From Mobula hypostoma (Eukaryota), in NCBI RefSeq assembly GCF_963921235.1, contig NC_086107.1, positions 99,078,001-99,142,000 on the forward strand: a stretch of 64,000 nt of DNA, given 5' to 3'. Each line of letters begins with the position of its first letter. Positions within the stretch are counted from its first letter, which is position 1. Shown here piece after piece: positions 50,570 to 62,804 of the stretch. The notes under the pieces were generated by a model, which was given only the letters and a program-made list of their open reading frames with translations, was not told where the DNA came from and did no database searches. Position numbers and translations under genes: made by a program.

Positions 50570-53500
50570 GGAGTGTTCCCTCCCCTCCACTGTACACACT
50601 GTTCCCTCCCCTACACTGTACACACTGTTCCCTCCCCTACACTGTGCACAGTGTTCCCTCCCCTACACTGTACACAGTGTTCCCTCCCCTACACTGTACA
50701 CAGTGTTCCCTCCCATACACTGTACACACTGTTCCCTCCCCTACACTGTACACACTGTTCCCTCCCCTACACTGTGCACAGTGTTCCCTCCCCTACACTG
50801 TACACAGTGTTCCCTCCCCTACACTGTACACAGTGTTCCCTCCCCTACACTGTACACAGTGTTCCCTCCCCTACACTGTACACACTGTTCCCTCCCCTAC
50901 ACTGTGCACAGTGTTCCCTCCCCTACACTGTACAGAGAGTGTTCCCTCCCCTACACTGTACACAGAGTGTTCCCTCCCCTACACTGTACACACTGTTCCC
51001 TCCCCTACACTGTACACAGTCTTCCCTCCCCTACACTGTGCACAGTGTTCCCTCCCCTACACTGTACACAGAGTGTTCCCTCCCCTACACTGTCCACAGA
51101 GGGTTCCCTCCCCTACACTGTACACAGAGTGTTCCCTCCCCTACACTGTACACACTGTTCCCTCCCCTACACTGTGCACAGTGTTCCCTCCCCTACACTG
51201 TACACAGTGTTCCCTCCCCTACACTGTACACACTGTTCCCTCCCCTACACTGTACACAGTGTTCCCTCCCCTACACTGTACACACTGTTCCCTCCCCTAC
51301 ACTGTACACAGAGTGTTCCCTCCCCTACACTGTACACAGAGTGTTCCCTCCCCTACACTGTACACAGAGTGTTCCCTCCCCTACACTGTACACACTGTTC
51401 CCTCCCCTACACTGTACACAGTCTTCCCTCCCCTACACTGTGCACAGTGTTCCCTCCCCTACACTGTACACAGAGTGTTCCCTCCCCTACACTGTCCACA
51501 GAGGGTTCCCTCCTCTACACTGTACACAGAGTGTTCCCTCCCCTACATTGTACACACTGTTCCCTCCCCTACACTGTACACAGTGTTCCCTCCCCTACAC
51601 TGTACACACTGTTCCCTCCCCTACACTGTGCACAGTGTTCCCTCCCCTACACTGTTCAGAGAGTGTTCCCTCCCCTACACTGTACACAGAGTGTTCCCTC
51701 CCCTACACTGTACACACTGTTCCCTCCCCTACACTGTACACAGTCTTCCCTCCCCTACACTGTACACACTGTTCTCTCCCCTACACTGTACACACTGTTC
51801 CCTCCCCTACACTGTGCACAGTGTTCCCTCCCCTACACTGTACACAGAGTGTTCCCTCCCCTACACTGTACACAGAGTGTTCCCTCCCCTACACTGTACA
51901 CAGTGTTCCCTCCCCTACACTGTACACACTGTTCCCTCCCCTACACTGTGCACAGTGTTCCCTCCCCTACACTGTACACAGAGTGTTCCCTCCCCTACAC
52001 TGTACACAGAGTGTTCCCTCCCCTACACTGTACACACTGTTCCCTCCCCTACACTGTACACAGTCTTCCCTCCCCTACACTGTGCACAGTGTTCCCTCCC
52101 CTACACTGTACACAGAGTGTTCCCTCCCCTACACTGTCCACAGAGGGTTCCCTCCCCTACACTGTACACAGTGTTCCCTCCCCTACACTGTACACACTGT
52201 TCCCTCCCCTACACTGTACACACTGTTCCCTCCCCTACACTGTGCACAGTGTTCCCTCCCCTACATTGTACACACTGTTCCCTCCCCTACACTGTGCACA
52301 GTGTTCCCTCCCCTACACTGTACACACTGTTCCCTCCCCTACACTGTGCACAGTGTTCCCTCCCCTACACTGTACAGAGAGTGTTCCCTCCCCTACACTG
52401 TACACAGAGTGTTCCCTCCCCTACACTGTACACACTGTTCCCTCCCCTACACTGTACACAGTCTTCCCTCCCCTACACTGTACACACTGTTCTCTCCCCT
52501 ACACTGTGCACAGTGTTCCCTCCCCTACACTGTACACAGTGTTCCCTCCCCTACACTGTACACACTGTTCCCTCCCCTACACTGTACACAGTGTTCCCTC
52601 CCCTACACTGTACACACTGTTCCCTCCCCTACACTGTGCAGTGTTCCCTCCCCTACACTGTACACAGAGTGTTCCCTCCCCTACACTGTACACAGAGTGT
52701 TCCCTCCCCTACACTGTACACACTGTTCCCTCCCCTACACTGTACACAGTCTTCCCTCTCCTACACTGTGCACAGTGTTCCCTCCCCTACACTGTACACA
52801 GAGTGTTCCCTCCCCTACACTGTACACACTGTTCCCTCCCCTACACTGTACACAGTCTTCCCTCCCCTACACTGTACACACTGTTCCCTCCCCTACACTG
52901 TGCACAGTGTTCCCTCCCCTACACTGTCCACAGAGTGTTCCCTCCCCTACACTGTACACAGAGTGTTCCCTCCCCTACACTGTACACAGTTCCCTCCCCT
53001 ACACTGTACACAGTGCTCCCTCCCCTACACTGTACACAATGTTACCTCCCCTACACTGTACACAGTGTTCCCTCCCCTACACTGTACAGAGAGTGTTCCC
53101 TCCCCTTCACTTATATAGAGTGCTCCCTCCCTCTAACACTGTACAGTGTTCCCTCTCCTACACTGTCCAGAGAGTGTCCCCTCTCTCTACATTGTACACA
53201 TTGTACCCTCTCCTGCATTGTACACAGTGTTTCCTCCTCTTCACTTATATAGAGTGCTCCCTCCCCTACACTGTACAGTGCTCCCTCCCCACACCGTACA
53301 GAGTGTTCCCTCTCCTACACTGTACAGAGAGTTTTCCCTCCCCTTCACTTATATAGAGTGCTCCCTCCCTCTAACACTGTACAGTGTTCCCTCTCCTACA
53401 CTGTCCAGAGAGTGTCCCCTCTCTCTACATTGTACACATTGTACCCTCTCCTGCATTGTACACAGTGTTTCCTCCTCTTCACTTATATAGAGTGCTCCCT

Positions 53501-53744
53501 CCCCTACACTGTACAGTGCTCCCTCCCCCACACCGTACAGAGAGTGTTCCCTCCCCTACACTGTACAGTGCTCCCTCCCCCACACCGTACAGAGTGTTCC
53601 CTCTCTCTACACTGTACAGTGTTCCCTCCCCCACACTGTACAGAGTGTTCCCTCTCTCTAACTGTACAGTGTCCCCTCTCTCTACGCTGTACACATTGTA
53701 CCCTCTCCTGCATTGTACACACTGTTCCCTCCACACTGTACACA
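50570..53744. repeat. Minisatellite, 26-28 bp unit GTGTTCCCTCCCCTACACTGT(A/G)CACA(GA), about 115 units
   Basis: Seen directly; degenerate after about 53095. Confidence 0.98.
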
Positions 53745-54563
53745 CGTAACGCGCTGCTACGGTTGTAGAGTATTTCATGCAAAGGTCTTTCTGTAGAAGC
53801 AGTGATTGGGTTTCTGTTGGAGTTAAGCGATGCTTGGGAATTTGGGGCATCCAATCAGCAGAGTGGAACGACGAAGGTTCTAGAGAAGGCTGGGGGACCG
53901 GTTTTGTGACCGACACCAGTGGCGGGTCTTCATCCTTTTTGGCGGCAGATAAAGAGATAAGACGCGGGATCCGATCCCGTGGGAAACGCGACTCGGCGGA
54001 GCCCAGGCGCGGAGTTCTGCCGAGGATCAGTGACTATGGGTTTTGGAAGATTTCAGCTCCAGCCTCTGCACATTTGACTGTTTAGTTAGAATGGTCCTTT
54101 TTAATTTACTAACTCTTTGGTTAAATTAACATTCACATATATACTTCATAATTGCGTGCAGTATGCGATCTGTTATTTCATACCGACTGGCTATTGCAGG
54201 GTAGTAAATCACACAAACCGGGGTCTGAGTGAGCGAGAGATCCCAACACCACGGATTTGGCGGGACCAAAGTCATACACACCCCAGACGTACGAAGCCGG
54301 AGAAGGTTGCGGAACCCAGTGGCTGTTAGGTAGGGGTTAACGAGGCGCATTTCCAGAGACGCCCAGTAAAATGGGGTTTTGTTGTCGCGGCAATCGTCCC
54401 GGATTGAATTCGCTGAACGCGTTGTGATAGCCCTAAGAATTGATTAGGTGGGTCTGTGGTTAAACCTATGTTAAACTATAGTCCGGGAAAGTGATTAACG
54501 CTGCAGGGATTAAGAATTCCTCGTGTAGGGGTTAAACGTTGGTGCGATCGCCTGCAGATAATG

Positions 54564-54757
54564 TAAACACGAGGAAATCTGCAGATGCTGGAAATTCAAG
54601 CAACACACATCAAAGTTGCTGGTGAATGCAGCAGGCCAGGCAGCATCTCTAGGAAGAGGTACAGTCTACGTTTCGGGCCGAGACCCTTCGTCGACTGTAG
54701 CTCTTCCTAGAGATGCTGCCTGGCCTGCTGCGTTCACCGGCAACTTTGATGTGTATT
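54564..54757. mobile_element. Penelope-derived palindromic element with 14-bp TSD, nested in Gypsy
   Basis: GCCTGCAGATAATG at 54550-54563 and 54758-54771; near-perfect inverted arms of about 70 bp. Confidence 0.88.
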
Positions 54758-55309
54758 GCCTGCAGATAATGGTTGTGTTCCGTGCGGCGTGGATATCCGC
54801 AGCCCAGATGAATTGTTGACTAGGGTTTTAAGCGCTGTTAAATCAGTAGGAAAAGTTACGGATAATATGAGCAAACGGAGGGGAAAGAGGTAGCATTAAT
54901 TCAGACCAGCACTGACGTAACGGGAGTGGATCTGCCTGGTACCTTTGGGGTCCCAGGAGAGGCAGGGCCGTGGGCCGTCCACTCTTTCCAAGGAAAAGGG
55001 AGAGCAGGCGAGAGCGCCGAGTTTCCCCGTAGCTGACGGCGGAGGCTTTAGAGACAAGTTGCTGTCGTGTCCGCGGAGCGCGGGGTGAGGAGTGGTCTGA
55101 TGTGGAAGGTCTAACGGGTCCCCCAGCGAGGGGTGAAAACTGAGCTGGTATCGTCCCTTACGTCCCCGGCGGATAAATGGCAAAAGTGAGTCAAAGGTCC
55201 GGCCGGCCGCTGAAGTCGCGAGGTCCTTAAAGGCAGAGATCCCTTTGGCCACTTCCGGGGGCTACATCCAAGCGCTAGAAAACTATTTTTTTGCACGACA
55301 GGAGTTTAA

Positions 55310-55995
55310 AAAACCATAAAATATAGGAGCAGAAGCAGGCCACTTGGCCCATCGAGACTGTTCCGCCATTCAGTCATGGGCTGATCCAATTCTTCCAGTC
55401 ATCCCCACTCCCCTGCTTTCACTCCATACCTTTTGATGCCCTGGCTAATCAAGAACCTATCTATCTCTGCCTTAAATACACTTCATGACTTGGCCTCCAC
55501 GGCCACTCATGGCAACAAATACCACAGATTTACCACCCTCTGACTAAAGCAATTTCTCCGCATCTCTGTTCTAAATGGACGTCTTTCAATCCTGAAGTCA
55601 TGCCCTCTTGTCCTAGACTCCCCTACCATGGGAAATAACTTTGCCATATCTAATCTGTTCAGGCCTTTTAACATTTGGAATGTTTCTGTGAGATCCCCCC
55701 TCATTCTCCTGAACTCCAGGGAATACAGCCTAAGAGCTGCCAGATGTTCCTCATACGGTAACCCTTTCATTCCTAGAATCATTCTCATGAATCTTCTCTG
55801 AACCCTCTCCAACATCTGTATATCCTTTTTAAAATAAGGAACCCAAAACTGCACACAATAAGTGTGGTCTCATGAGTGCTTTATAGAGCCTCAACATCAC
55901 ATCCCTGCTCTTATATTCTATACCTCTAGGAATGAATGCCAACATTGCATTCGCCTTCTTCACCACCGACTCAACCTGGAGGTTAACCTTTAGGG
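55310..55995 (-). mobile_element. CR1 3' fragment nested in Gypsy gag
   Basis: CR1 C-terminal ORFs 55507-55854 and 55829-56149; Gypsy sequence on both sides. Confidence 0.9.
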
Positions 55996-58900
55996 CGTTT
56001 ATGACGGGTTTGGGAGCATATTTCGGGTGGGGGGACTTTCTGTCCGGATGTTCCGGCAAGAGAGACGGCTGCGTGGCTTGCGGCGTACAGGGGGCATCCA
56101 AACGGCGGAGGAGAATCACTTGATGGGCCAAGAGGCGAAGGGCGCGCAATCACAGGGCACGAATGGCTCGCAAGACGTAACACCCCCCCCCCCGTTTGTC
56201 GAGCTGACCAGAGAAGTAAGGGAGGGGGGAAATGCGATGGAGGAGCGGGAGGCCTCTGTCAGTAGGGCACAGTCCTCGGAAGTAGCTTCTGTTGCTGAAG
56301 TGACCCCCCGATATGTGACCCCCGCGGGTGTTACAGGAGTTCGTGGCAGATTGTACAGCCGAGGTATCCGGGTTGATTTCGGCGGGTGCGGCCGCCAAGC
56401 ATGAGAAAGCCGATAGGGGTTAGCCCACTGAGGGGACGTACCACGCAGAGGGCTGCTATTGAACGGGTTCCCTGGAAAGGGGGAGCGGCGGTATTGTCTG
56501 TTACGACGGCGGCGAGGAGGCACACTTCAGGCGAGAGTGTGAAGGAGGGAAAACCTTCGGAAAGTGAGCCCACGGTTAGTAAGCAGAGAGCGAAGTTGGA
56601 AAACTTCGGAGAGAGGAAATGGCCTGGAATCTGGGGTCACGTTTCAAGCAATACATCAAGGAAGATACTAACGTGAAAAACCTTATTCCCGAGGGTTTAG
56701 CGGGGCCAAACTCCAGCGTATCCCTACGGATCGAGGGTGTTTCTGCTAGAGCCTTACTTGACACAGGTTCTCGGTTATTCTGCTGTGCAGATTCTTCTAC
56801 AACCAGTCTTTGACGCATCGACCATTGAAGCCACTCAGTGCGCTAGAGCCCGGGAGCCTTAGTGCTGGTGACTAACCGTAGGATGATTACTTGTCGTTGA
56901 AGCGAGAGTTTTCTGAGGCAGATGTGGGAGTAGCTGAGGTCCCCGGTACGTTAGTGCTGGTTTGTCCGGACCCGGTCGAGAAGGGCGAGGCTTCAATTCT
57001 CGTGGGGATGAATGCTTCTGTTGTGAAGAGGCCAGAGGGAGCCTGCGAGGAGAAAGTTGAAGAGAGTTTTCAGAAAGCATTGTCCGTTCACCCTTTGTCC
57101 GTGTGTGGTACACCCCGGTCCAAGCGCATCGCGTTACGGCCAGGGGGAGTAGCTGGAGCGACGGGAAACCCCAGATTTCCCGGAATGCCTGAGGCCGATG
57201 CCCTCTTGGCGGCTGCTCCGGATGACCACGAAGAGGAGTCGGGCTTACCTGCTGGGGTACTGGTGAGGCCCGAACTGCGGAAGCCGTTGGTTGTACAGGT
57301 GAGCAGGATGACAGCTAGAGTCAGGAAGACCTCGGAGAGGGAGGTCACTCTCAGGCGGGGAAAGCCTCTGGCACACCCCTTTCTCCCGGTGACAGTCATG
57401 TCTAGTGCTCCTGCGAGACAAGCAGAAGAGAAACCATCTCCTGGAAAGGGAACGTTGACAGGCAAGTCATTCAACTTTGGGGACTTCCCGGTCCCTGGAG
57501 GTTGATAGAGAAGACGATGGAGCTGGAAGATGTCTTTTTCTACTGACGAGTTTGCTGGGGGTTGTTCCAAGAGCACTCGCCACACCATCCGGGTGACAGA
57601 GGACACCTCTTTCACAGAAAGCTCTCGGCGACTGGAGGACGTTCGGCAGCATCTGCGGAAGTTGGGATCGTCACTGAGTCCAGGAGCCCCGGTGCGTCCT
57701 CCGTAGCGGTGGCGAGGAAGAAGAATGGGAAGGTACGAATATGTGTTGACTATCGGACTCTAAACCGACGTACGGTCCCTGACACCGGCTACGAGGGCCG
57801 CCCCTTCACGCCATTTGCAGAGTGCGGGGCCACTTGATCTGGCGTGTGTGTGGAACACGGCGAGTGTCTTGGTTATTACTGATCACAACACCAGATACGC
57901 TCAAGCCTCCCCTACAAAGGATCAGCGGGCGACCCCCGTGGCCAAAGTGTTATGGGAGAAGTATTTCGTTCATTAAGGCCCTCCCAGACGCCTACATGGC
58001 GATCAGCGAAGGGATTTTGAGAGTCGGCTTAAAGGTGAGTTACTGGGCGTGCTTGGAGTCGAGAAGACGAGGACTACGCTTTATCACCCATAGGGCGATC
58101 CCCAGCCCGAGAGGTTCAATCGGACATTGGTGGACATGCTCTGAAACTTGGAGATCAGTAAGAAGAACAAACTGAGTCAGCATATTCTACATCTGGTCCT
58201 CTGCTGCAACTGTACACGGAATGAAGCTACTGGGTACTCGCCGTATTATTCGATGTTCGAGCTCGAAGCAAGGTTGCCTGGTGACTTTTAGTTTGGGATT
58301 GGTGGGGAAGATTTTGCCACAGAAGCCCTATCTTAAGTATGCGTCTGACATGAGGAGGGAATTTCAGAAGGCTTATGGACTAGCAGAGGTCTCTCCTACC
58401 AAGCAGAATCAACAGGCAAGATGATCAAAAGATTAGGTTCTCCCAAATGATGCCTAGAGACAGAATTCTCATGAAGAATTTGGGGCTACCAGGGAAGCAT
58501 AAGTTGGTTAACTGTTGGGTGTCTACATCTTACACAGTGGAGAGTCAGATGCCAAATGTACCAGTTTTCCAGGTGAAACCAGAGGATGGGAATGGACCTG
58601 TCAAGATTCTCCATCAGAACCACCTTCTGCCTCTGAGACAAGAGGTGCATGTTGATCCAGAGCCTGACTGGGACCCTACACCTAGTAAGAGGACTCTGCA
58701 GTGACGTGGGAGAACAGAAGGACAAGCAGTGGGAAGGCCTGGAAGGGAATTAACCACTGAATGTCGTACAGACTCAGAGGTTGAGGAAATGGGAGTATGG
58801 TATACGTTACCCTATGTAAACTCCCCAATAACTGAAGAGATTCCCAAACCTTCCCACTCCGATGCAGATGAAATGGGGTGGGTGTGGATTAGCAGTGGAC

Positions 58901-59424
58901 AGGCAGGCTTGCAGCTGGATAATATGGAGAGACTGGGCTCTAAAGTAACTGGGAATGAAGCTGAGCTCAGCCAAGTGACAGGGGGACCAGAGTTGATGGA
59001 AGGCGTGAGTAATGGACAGGGGGAGGCCTCCCCATGTGGACAGGAAAGATCCCAGAGAGTGTCAGAAACTGAAGGAGTAGATGATGGGGTAAGGAGCTCT
59101 CAAAGAGTCAGGAAACCCCTAGACAGGCTGGCCAATGTCACACTGGGGGAACAGGGCATTGCACCTATTCCACTGGTGAGATATGTCACAAACACTTACA
59201 AATGCATTGGAGGTTCTGATGTCACAAAATTCCTTTGAAAACTGTGATATTAATTTTGGTGGGAGATGAAAAGAGAAGACACAGGAGAGAACCAATAATA
59301 AGATTCAGCCAAGTGGGGAAACGCGATTCGATGGAGTCCAGGCATGCAGGTCTGCCGAATATCAATAAATATAGCTTTTGGAAGATTTAAGTTCCAACCT
59401 CTGCACATTTGACTGTTTAAGTGA

Positions 59425-61260
59425 GCTCTCCCTACACTGTACATAGTGTTCCTCCCCTGCACTGTATACAGTGTTCCTCCCCTGCACTGTATACAGAGTG
59501 TTCCTCCCCTGCACTGTATACAGAGTGTTCCATCCCCGGCACAGTATACAGTGTTCCTCCCCTGCACTGTATACAGAGTGTTCCTCCCCTGCACTGTATA
59601 CAGAGTGTTCCTCCCCTGCACTGTATACAGAGGGTTCCATCCACTGCACTGTATACAGTTTCCCCCACACTGTATACAGAGTGTTCCCGCCGCTGCACTG
59701 AATACAGAGTGTTCCTCCCTGCACTGTGTACAGAGTGTTCCTCCCCTGCACTGTATACAGAGTGTTCCATCCTCTGCACTGTACAGAGAGTGTTCCCTCC
59801 CCTACACAGTACACAGAGTGTTCCCTCCCCTACACTGTATACAGAGTGTTCCCTGTCCTACACTGTACACAGAGTGTTCCCGCCCCTACACTGTACACAG
59901 AGTGTTCCCTCCCCTACACTGTACACAGTGTTCCCTCTCCTACACTGTACACAGAGAGTTCCCTCTCCTACACTGTATACACAGTGTGCACTCCCCTACA
60001 CTGTACAGAGAGTGTTCCCTCCCCTGCACTTTACACAGAGTGTTCACTCCCCTACACAGTATACAGAGTGTTCCTTCTCCTACACTGTATACACAGTGTT
60101 CACTCCCCTACACTGTACACAGAGTGTTCCCTGTCCTACACTGAACATAGAGTGTTCCCTCCACTACACAGTACACAGAGTGTTCCTCCTACACTGAACA
60201 TAGAGTGTTCACTCCCCTACACTGTACACAAAGTGTTCCCTCCCCTACACTGTACACAGAGTGTTCCCTCCCCTACACTGTACACAGTGTTCCCTCCCCT
60301 ACACTGTATACAGAGTGTTCCCTCCCCTGCACTGTACACAGAGTGTTCCTCCTACACTGTACACAGAGTGTTCCCTCCCCTACACAGTACACAGAGTGTT
60401 CCCTCCCCTACACTGTACAGAGAGTGTTACCTCCCCTACACTGTACACAGCGTCCTCTCTCCTGCACAGTACACAGAGTGTTCCTCCTACACTGTACACA
60501 GAGTGTTCCCTCCCCTACACTGTACACAGAGTTTTCCCTTCCCTACACTGTACACAGTGTTCCCTCCCCTACACTGTACAGAGAGTGTTACCTCCCCTAC
60601 ACTGTACACAGAGTGTCCCCTCTCCTGCACAGTACACAGAGTGTTCCCTCCCCTACACTGTACACAGAGTGTTCCCTCCCCTACACTGTACAGAGAGTGT
60701 TCCCTCCTCTACACTGTACAGAGAGTGTTCCCTCCCCTACACTGCCCACAGAGTGCTCCCTCCCCTACACTGTACACAGTGTTCCCTCCCCTACACTGTA
60801 CACAGAGTGTTCCCTCCCCTGCACTGTACACAGAGTGTTCACTCCCCTACACAGTACACAGTGTTCCTTCCCCTACACTGTACACAGAGTGTTCCCTCCC
60901 CTACACTGTACACAGTGTTCCCTCCCCTACACTGTACACAGAGTGTTCCCTCCCCTACACTGTACACAGTGTTCCCTCCCCTACACTGTACACAGAGTGC
61001 TCCCTCCCCTACACTGTACACAGTGCTCCCTCCCCTACACTGTACACAGTGTTCCCTCCCCTACACTGTACACAGAGTGCTCCCTCCCCTACACTGTACA
61101 CAGAGTTTTCCCTCTCCTACACTGTACACAGTGTTCCCTCCCCTACACTGTACCATGTTCCTCCCCTACACTGTACACAGAGTGTTCCCCTCTACACCAC
61201 ACACAGAGTGCTCCCTCCCCTACACTGTACCATGTTCCTTCCTTATGCAGTACACAGTGC
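59425..61260. repeat. Second array of the same 26-28 bp minisatellite, about 65 units
   Basis: Seen directly; same orientation as 50570-53744; most degenerate next to the Gypsy element. Confidence 0.97.
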
Positions 61261-61966
61261 ATTTTTACGCAGAAAGTGTTCTTTCCAGTGCCACACACAA
61301 ATGCCTGTTCTCTCAGTTCCACACGCTGAGCGCCTCCTTCAATACACGTGAGAATCGATTCCTCTAACATACGCTGAGCAGCTTTCACATGGTATCTCAG
61401 AATTAGTTCTTCTTTACTACAGAACTGGAAGCAAAACGGTTAAAGTTAGTCGCAATCCAGAGAGTTGAATTATTCATCTGGAGAAATGTGTTCAAATCCC
61501 AGTGCGGAAGCCAGAGAGTTTAATGTAGTTAATTAACCAATCTGTGATGGTGATCGTGAAATTACTGGATGCTTGTGAATTACCATCTGGTTTATTGGAG
61601 CCTTTTGGCGAAGGAAGCCTACGGTCCCTGCTTGTTCGTTCTCAGGCTCCGTACCTTACCATCACACACCTCACTTCATCTCACCTCCTAAGGTGGGTCA
61701 CAAGCCACGGGTGGAGGTCAGATGTATGGATAAACACTCTGCCCTTCCCTGAGATGGCCCATCCAATGAAAGAATAAATAAGGCCATCCAGTGGGGAAGA
61801 TAAGTAGTCCAAACAGAATGAGATGCCAGAGGTCTGGATGATGAAGAGGTAACCCTGCTGAGTCTGGGCTGAGGCCCAAGAAGAAACACTGGCGGTACTC
61901 CACCTCCCCCCACCCCCCCCCCAGGTCAGAGATCTCATATCGGCAGCGCCCGTACCTGAAGCTGTG

Positions 61967-62376
61967 TATCACAACCACAGATTCGGCTGCGCAGCAGATC
62001 CGGGAAACACTTCGTATCAGCTAATTATTATTTCATTGTGACGGTACTTAACTCCATTCTTTTTGTCGTAGCACTGGTCGAGACTTGAGCAAAGCACAGC
62101 AACATTACGCTACCTGCTTGCATTCGGCCTTGCCTGAGAAATTGGGCTGTCGAGTCAACTCACACTGAAGGCTAGCGGCATTCGTTTTATATTTAGTTAT
62201 CCCTTTCAGCCGTAGTGTAGGCTTCGTTTTCCATTTGATAGTTAACGGCCCTGTTTGGCCTAGCGTTTATAGTTTTCTTCTCCCTCTAAACTCTGTTTTG
62301 CTTTAAAGTCTGTGAACTATCGACACGCCTCAGTGTCCCTCACCCGGCGCTTGGGCCACGTCTGAACGTAGTGACA
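61967..62376 (+). mobile_element. Solo LTR (410 bp) with 5-bp TSD
   Basis: Ends TATCAC (probably from TGTCAC) ... GTGACA; TSD CTGTG at 61962-61966 and 62377-62381. Confidence 0.8.
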
Positions 62377-62804
62377 CTGTGATTCTGAGCAGACCCTGGA
62401 GCTTCAGGACAAGGTCTGAACCATCAGGGCTGGGCTCCAACCACAGCCCTGTGCTGCTACTGCCCACAGGTAGTCAGGGAGCATAAAACCTTACTTAAGA
62501 TCACCAGACAGTGACTGGTGTCTCAGGTCACCCGCACAGCATATTGCTGTCCCATTAACTTGGCCAACTGGCCCCACTCTCTTGTTGTTAGAAGTGTGTG
62601 TGTGTGTGTGTGTGTGTGATCACCTGGAAGAACTATGGAGGGTGCATCTGTAGACCAGAGTAAGTGTAGGGGTGGGGGTGACTCGTCCCTGCTTTCTGCA
62701 CAGATCCAGAGCCCCCTCAAAGTTGGTTTAGCACAGGGAGCAAGTGACTATCCAGGCACAGCACCCACGACCTGTGACCAGGGGTCCAGGGATCTAGAGG
62801 CACA

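Larger units (their letters stand above)
53745..59420 (+). mobile_element. Decayed Gypsy/Ty3 LTR retrotransposon (5' LTR about 53745-54250, gag, protease, truncated RT, integrase, partial 3' LTR about 59261-59420)
   Basis: Protease ALLDTGS (about 56750); RT start KKNGKVRICVDYRTLNRRTVPD (about 57720-57783); integrase remnants AKVLWEKYFVH, QPERFNRTLVDML and LGLPGKHKL; 53981-54084 aligns without gaps to 59316-59419. Confidence 0.92.

Noticed and set aside
50533..53356. 850-940 aa ORFs in all three + frames (and 59421-61367)
   Set aside because: They are translations of a minisatellite whose + strand happens to lack stop codons; there is no evidence of coding.
56116..57615. Long GC-rich ORFs in the Gypsy body as a domesticated PNMA-like gene
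   Set aside because: gag and pol are frameshifted and interrupted by CR1 and Penelope insertions; the ORFs are pieces of decayed pol or antisense frames.
50570..61260. CRISPR-like regular repeats
   Set aside because: Tandem units with no unique spacers, no cas genes, and a vertebrate context.
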